This document shows, one piece after another, positions 35,802 to 42,162 of a stretch of DNA of 42,162 bases. Made by a program: the position numbers and the translations under genes. The stretch's first letter is position 1. Every line of letters starts with the position of its first letter. Source of the stretch: Octopus bimaculoides (taxonomy: Eukaryota); assembly GCF_001194135.2 (NCBI RefSeq), contig NC_068983.1, forward strand, positions 133,124,785 to 133,166,946, read 5' to 3'. The notes beneath the pieces are model-generated. The model made no database searches, had not been told where the DNA came from, and saw only the letters and a list, made by a program, of their open reading frames with translations.

Positions 35802-36120
35802 TGGCACTACGTCTGTTTCGACGATGAGGGTTCCAGTTGATTCAATCAACAGAACATCCTGTTCGTGAATTTAACGTGCAGATGGCTGAGTACTCCACAG
35901 TCATGTGAACCCTTCAAGTAGATCTCAGAGAGATTCAACGTGAAACATAATGTGATAAGGCTGGTCTTTTAAAATGTGGGTACAACACGTTTTTGCCAGC
36001 TGAGTGGAGTGGACTGCAACAACGTGAAATAAAGCAACTTGCTCAAGGACAACGTGCCGCTGGGAATCGAAACCAAGACCTTGTAATCATGAGCCCTCAC
36101 CACTAAGCCATGCGCTTTCA
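35802..36120 (-). mobile_element. tRNA SINE with CORE/V-like middle and the same 3' tail as 9481-9872
   Basis: Minus strand head TGAAAGCGCATGGCTTAGTGG...GTTTCGATTCCC; middle CCTTGAGCAAGTTGCTTTATTTCACGTTG..CAGTCCACTCCACTCAGCTG; tail CAGCCTTATCACA...GTGGAGTACTCAGCCA...CAACTGGAACCCTCATCGTCG...GTAGTGCCA. Confidence 0.85.
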
Positions 36121-36413
36121 ATTACCGAACCAACACCTACTAAATCAGGACAATCCACACAGACCGTACGTTAAAAGATCAACACCTACAGAACCAAAAC
36201 AAAGTACCTTGTAAGTAATTCACATGATCAACACCCACTTAATCTACGCATTCAATGCATTGAAACAATTCATCGGATACATTCATAATTTATACAATAA
36301 ACGCCCAATAAAGTAATACATTATTACATACAACTAGAAGATCGAGATTCGGTATCACATATGACGCGCCATCAACAGCGCTTATACAACTGCACATTAT
36401 GTTATAACATATC

Positions 36414-36610
36414 AAGGCGACCAGCTGTCAGAATCGTTACCATGCTGAGCAAAATGCTTCGTGGCACTTGGTCCATTTTCACGTTCTGACTACAAATTCA
36501 GATGTGGTCCACTTTACCTTTCGTCCTTTTAGGATCGATAAAATAAATACCTGCTACTTACCCCAACCCCCCGAACTTGCTAGCCTTGTACCAAAATTTT
36601 AAATCGATAT
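36414..36610 (+). mobile_element. Meta-like SINE, internally deleted
   Basis: AAGGCGACCAGCTGTCAGAATCGTTACCATGCTGAGCAAAATGCTT...CACTTTACCTTTCGTCCTTTTAGGATCGATAAAATAA...GCCTTGTACCAAAATTTTAAA. Confidence 0.75.
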
Positions 36611-36914
36611 AATTTAACATACCCCATACAAACATAATTTATATAATCACAACCGTATGCTCTTACACATTACGCCATTCACTCCTGAAGTGTTCTTCAC
36701 AAAACTCACGCAGCAGAATAGCGCAGAACACATTACACATTCTCAGCGCAGGAAACACGTAAAATACCAATGTAGCACTCAAAGCAATGCAGTTTATGTA
36801 ATATACCGGCATTATTCTACTTTCACAAAAATTGCGCACACCTCACGAACACGGATACATCTAGTGTTGCATAATGATATCGGTTTTGGCGGTAGTTGTT
36901 GTGGTATTGATGAT

Positions 36915-37062
36915 AACGATGACGATGATGAGGAGGAGGGAAGATGACAACGACTACGATGTTAATGATGAAAATGATGATGATGATGATGGCGAGACGA
37001 CGACGATAATAATGATGATGTTGATGATGGTGATGACGATGATGATGATGATGGTGATGATG

Positions 37063-37094
<32 letters not shown>

Positions 37095-37103
37095 GATGAT
37101 GAT
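36915..37103 (+). repeat. (GAT)n-rich trinucleotide tract
   Basis: Direct reading; source of the poly-M ORF. Confidence 0.95.
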
Positions 37104-37795
37104 GAGTGTTGCTGGTTAAATTACTCGTAACCGTATACGTTTTCGAAAACTAGTTTCATGAAAACCCTAACGCAATATTACGCAACAGGGGGCGCTTCGA
37201 GCAAGCGGAAATAGCTCCAGACCCGAGAGAATGAAGGAATATGACTACAACAGTGGAAACACAGATTGTGTTTCAGAAAGATAAAACGGCAACAGACAAG
37301 GCCGTTAGTAATAGAAGGGATTGCCTTCGATATTTAGCTGAAGTTATTGATTTCAACTACATGTGATGTGTATTGCAAAGTGTGACTAATTAATTGATTG
37401 AAATATATACCCCGAAGTCAGCAACTTTATATATACAGGAAATGGTGCGTGAAAAGGTTAACAAGTAAAGAAAACAAATATTGACAAGTAGTTAAGGAGA
37501 GAGTGAGATGTGTAGTGTGCCGCAGGAAGTACCGTGAGGTAATCCATTACGTCATTTTACCTTGTAGTTGAAATGCCATAGTTGAAAAGATTTCTTTCTC
37601 TCATTTTTTTTCTACATCGATAAAATAGGCACCAGCCAATAGAAGCTTACTATTAAATATATAGTATTGAAGTAAATCAATAGATTAGAACATAGTTAAT
37701 TTATATGGATATTTGTAGGCTTCGGTATGTGTGAATTTGTTTGTGTTGTGTGTGTGAATGTGTGTGTGTATACGCGTGTGTATGTGTCACTGTGT

Positions 37796-37831
<36 letters not shown>

Positions 37832-38935
37832 TAACGCATGCAGGTATAGATAAAGAATACACACACACACAGACACGTACATATATATTTATATATATAA
37901 TCAAGTGAATAATAACCCACGGTTGATAATTGTCAGCTTATTACACCCGTTTCTTACGCATCATTTTAACAGAAGAATGAGAACATTACTCCATTACAAG
38001 ATATCATAACCATCAGATGAAACGTAATTTTACAAACAGAATAATACCAGAAGAATACAGCAGGGGTGTGGCTGAAGTCTATCGAAGCGAACAATGAAAT
38101 AGGAGATTGACCAACATCGTTGGCGTTGAGGTTAGGAATACAGTTCGTGAAAGTGTGTAATATGATATCTAAGATCAGCGACTCGGGCGAGATGGGAGTT
38201 TGCTAGACTGGTTCTTAGGTAGGCTGAAGTGGGCTGTAGATAATATTTTATATTTGATTTCAGTTGGGTCATCATTAGGGTCGCTAAACCGTACTTAAAG
38301 AGCAGGTATGGATGCAGGCTTAGCTGCATGGAGTTGTTTGAAATTTTAGAGAGATCGAATAGTGAAAATCTACTAAATTATAAGCTAGACCTTTTTCTTC
38401 CCTATATACATAAGGCTACCCGAACTTTTAAATATTTTAAGGTCATTAAACAACATCTATAATAGCTCATAATCTAGGGCCAATCTAATTTACTCCCTCT
38501 ATTGTTGATCGAATAGTGGATCGATCTGCCTATTTATTTTTTGAGTTCTTCTAGTCTCGTATTTCTTCATTTCTTTCTTACCGCTCTTACTATACTTGCA
38601 TGATATACAATATTGAAGGCACTAACCATTCTATCTGTGATGTACACAGTATTATGCAATAGGAATAGCAAATATATCTAACCTAGAAGTAGCAGCCTGC
38701 AAACACTAGCCAGTTCTTTTCAAGTTCTTACACTAAGATGCAGTTATTTTGTGCTGCGCTTGTTAAATAATAGATGGGACATATTATCTAAACCTCTTAC
38801 CCGCAGCTATTGTCCGGTGTTGATTTACCTGATTCATACAATAGTGCTTATACTACCTAATCATATGTATATATATATATATATACAGATAAATATACAA
38901 ATTTATATATATATATATATACACCCTTATATATA

Positions 38936-39030
38936 GTGAAGGTGCGTAGCTTACTGGTCACGTATTTGGCTCGCGATCGTAAGGTCTTTAGTTCGATTCC
39001 CGATGGCGTGTTGCTCCAGTTCTCTAGCTG
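38936..39030 (+). mobile_element. tRNA-derived SINE head fragment
   Basis: GTGAAGGTGCGTAGCTTACTGG (A-box-like), GTTCGATTCCC (B box), then TTGCTCCAGT as in the 4654-4990 family. Confidence 0.7.
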
Positions 39031-39694
39031 ATTCACTACGTTCATTATGTTGAATGTGTTGAATCTATAGTTCTGTATCAGATACCGATCTTACGAAAGT
39101 AAAGGTACCACTGAACCAGCAATGTATGAATAAACAGATTACCTAGCTTGAATGTACGACTAAGCAAAGTACCTACCTTGAATACTTGCAAGATAATGGA
39201 CTCAGCGACTGAATGGCAGATTCATTGTTTCAAACTAGGAGTAGATTTGGGTTCAAAATTTCAGAATGAGATTTCCATAAATTTTTGCAGGATTAGAAGC
39301 TAAAACATAAGTCATATACACTTAGTAATAGTTAGTAATAATGGGTCCCACGCTTCATTCTAGTGTCCAGTGTAATATGACGCGGGGCACTTAACTAGGG
39401 ATGGCTAACGTGCGAAATACGAGCCAACTAATAACAAAAATAATAAGCAGAAAATAGGTGTGGCATGAAAGGTTTTAAAGAATAAATATGCGTTTCAACA
39501 AAATGTCTAAATAATTGCATAACAGAAGTAGAAACATAATGCAATCGTGTATTTTATCTTTACTGTATCCTAGGAAACATGTGAAGTGAAATGCATCATT
39601 GAATAATACATGTATTTACCGAGGCATTTTACTGAAATGCGTAAATCCTACAAGTGCTGTATAACGCACCTGTTATTTTCGGTTTATTTTCTAT

Positions 39695-39697
<3 letters not shown>

Positions 39698-39755
<58 letters not shown>

Positions 39756-39820
39756 TGTTTTATATATTTGTAAACATATATGTATGTGTGTGTTGTGTGT
39801 GTGTGTGTATGTGTGTGTGT

Positions 39821-39859
<39 letters not shown>

Positions 39860-39870
39860 CGTGCGCGCGT
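39698..39870 (+). repeat. (TA)n and (GT)n microsatellites
   Basis: Direct reading; another (TA)n at about 41731-41767. Confidence 0.95.
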
Positions 39871-40384
39871 ATGTTCAGAGCGAGAAAAGGAAAAGTGTTT
39901 CAGAGTCGTTTCGTACAAATTCATACTTTATACAAGCATTGAAAATAATAAATGCTTTAATGCGCCAATTTATTAAGTTATCAGTGTATTATGAAAACAA
40001 CTGAGTGCTTAAATTGCCGTTCAATTAACATTCTGATTTCATCTTTTAAGAACTCAAATATAAGACACCATTGAATTATTGAAAAATATTTCTAGTAATC
40101 ATCAAGGCTAGACGACATTCTCTTCTCTTCATAAAAATTGCGGAATTTCTGCAGCATTCTTTTATCATAGTTCTATGGAATAACTCATTTTTCAATTCCG
40201 TTCCATTTCTATGACATTGATCGTTATCATGATCGGTAATCATTTACTATATGAAGGAATATCGCGCACATATGAATGTTGTTTTACAAGCTCACATCTG
40301 TTCCTGAAAGACAATCGGGCGTAAGTAAAAGTTACATATATATATACGCATTCATATCAGCGAATCGCAAGAGAAATTCTACAA

Positions 40385-40560
40385 GTTAGGCCAACCGACG
40401 GGAGACCATGTTGTAGACCAAGAACGAGATGGCTGAATTATATACATTGTCACAATTCGTCACACTAGACAATCCAGCTGGATAGTTCACGTAGGATGCT
40501 ATGAAGAGGGGTTAGGCTTACACTTGAGAACCTGTAAGGAATAGAGTGCGAAGGAAATGG
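40385..40560 (+). mobile_element. RTE-clade LINE ORF C-terminal remnant
   Basis: Translates PTDGRPCCRPRTRWLNYIHCHNSSH*TIQLD, resembling the RTE motif GRRPRGRPRTRWxDYI. Confidence 0.55.
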
Positions 40561-40573
40561 CTAGCTGGAAATA

Positions 40574-41400
40574 CAGGGGTTGGACAAAATAATGGAAACA
40601 CATTAAAATTTGAAACAAGTTTATTTTAATATGGGGTAGGACCGCATTTGGCAGTAATTACAGTTTTAATTCTAGGACGTTTGAATTGTTTACAAAAGAA
40701 TATTTGTCCATTCTTCAGCTAAAACAGTCTCCAGTTCTGGTAATGATGATGATAGAGGATATCGACTCCTTACTTGTTTTTCTAAAATGCGCCGTGAATT
40801 GGTGCATTATCATCCTGAAAGATTGTTTCCCTCCTGAAAGTTCCGCAATCATAGGATGAATTTGATCAGATAAAATACTTAAATAGCCTTGACTATTAAT
40901 TCTGCCACGAAGGGAAACCATTAGGCAGGCAGATTTGTAAGAGACAGCCTCCGAGATCATCACAGATCCTCCTCCATGTTTAACAGTTGGTAGAAAGCAG
41001 TCTGGGTCAAATGCCTTGTTTGGCTGTCTCCCCACGTATACTCGGCCTGTGGTCGGAAATAAGGTAAAGGATGACTCGTCCAAGAAAATAACATTCTTCC
41101 ACTGCTCTAGGGACCAATTTTGTAGGTTTTTATTCCACTCCAAATTTTGCGTTCATGAAAGTAGTGATTTTCTGATTGCAGCTCTCGCATGAAATCTAGC
41201 TTTGTCCAGCTCCTGGCGAACAGTCTTTGTGGAAACTGGGTTCTCGAGGTGGTCACTAAGCTTCGCAGTAATTTTGGGAGCTGTACTTATGTGATCCTTT
41301 CTAAAAATTCGTGTAAACGTGTCCAACAGTCCCTATCTGAAAGTTTTGTCTTCTTTTCCGGAGTTTTGTTTCGACGAGGAGGTTTTGAGGTCTTTCTCAA
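40574..41400 (-). mobile_element. Tc1-family DNA transposon remnant with one TIR
   Basis: TA followed by CAGGGGTTGGACAAAATAATGGAAAC at 40572-40599. ORF 40715-41143: WKNVIFLDESSF...PTVKHGGGSVMI; HTH region VSTKTVRQELDKARFHARAAIRK upstream; FQDDNAPIH and LAEEWTNI...AKCGPTPY* in shifted frames. Confidence 0.9.
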
Positions 41401-41726
41401 CATTTAGACAATAATCTAGTTGTACGTATTTGTTTAAATGTTTTATTATATATATACAGTAAAACCTCACATGAAAAGGACCCGCTTTACGAGATCCCGG
41501 AATTACGAGTTTAATTTTATAATAAATATAAAAAGTTAAACAGCCATTTTGTGTGTAGCAACGTCGCAACATGTGGCAAGATTGGTTCTGAAGCCTCTAC
41601 ACAGCGACGGAGTAAAATGACGGCATAAACTTTCATTGCTACTATAGGAAATTATTGCTCTGCTTTACAAGTCTTCGCTTCACCAGCGGTCTCCGGGGAC
41701 GAATTAACTCATATATCGAGAAATTA

Positions 41727-41771
<45 letters not shown>

Positions 41772-42162
41772 GACTGGACTGAAAACACCAATGTGAATTC
41801 ATAACACACACAATAAACAAATAACACAGAGTATCGGACATGAAAATGTTGAAGTCACCTGAATATACATTTAAAACTCCAACAATATTACAACCCATAA
41901 ACTAATAACTTAAACAAAAGAGCCGACATTAAAATACGAAAGGATGTATCCCCTATCTTCTAACAATTAACAAACCCTATGATGTGACGAAACATTTTTT
42001 CCATCTGTGATTGTACAATTAAGCTACAAACGAAATGTATTAAAACATAATTTTTTTACTTTTCTTAAGAGATCAAAGTGATTATTTTTCTGAATTAAGA
42101 ATATACAAACACGCATACATACATACATACATACATACTAACATATATATACATACATACAT

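Noticed and set aside
38132-38329. 65-aa minus-strand ORF vaguely resembling a LINE C-terminus
   Set aside because: No firm motif could be aligned by eye.
41455-41735. Possible pogo/Tigger-like MITE (CAGTAA ends)
   Set aside because: The putative TIRs match over only about 6-9 bp and the TA duplication is not clean on the right.

Overview
AT-rich, gap-containing eukaryotic non-coding DNA (intron or intergenic) with no recognisable host protein-coding gene. The repeat types (tRNA-derived SINEs with CORE-like and Meta-like domains, dense TAGA/CATA/CA/AAT microsatellites) suggest a coleoid cephalopod, probably Octopus; this is inference from pattern recognition, not a database result. The window holds remnants of about six retroelement lineages (Penelope-like RT, R4/Dong-type RLE, L1/Tx1 endonuclease, CR1 RT, an RTE C-terminus, a CR1/L2/Jockey-group C-terminus), two mariner and one Tc1 remnant, and about 15 SINE copies from several modular families. 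The best candidate for a new system is at 28.9-29.25 kb: a Pol III tRNA-headed SINE-like element with an (AAT)n spacer, a minimal type I hammerhead ribozyme of the kind found in Penelope-like elements, and an inverted copy of its own 3' tail placed in front of the head. This suggests a ribozyme-bearing SINE/retrozyme hybrid mobilised by Penelope machinery. Other observations are a fold-back inverted duplication at 6.1-6.7 kb, a SINE family sharing its 3' end with the CR1 LINE in the window, a consensus recursive-splice-like site, and a cryptic 16-bp minisatellite. Most ORFs in the track are microsatellite or N-gap artefacts. Boundaries of degenerate repeats are approximate.
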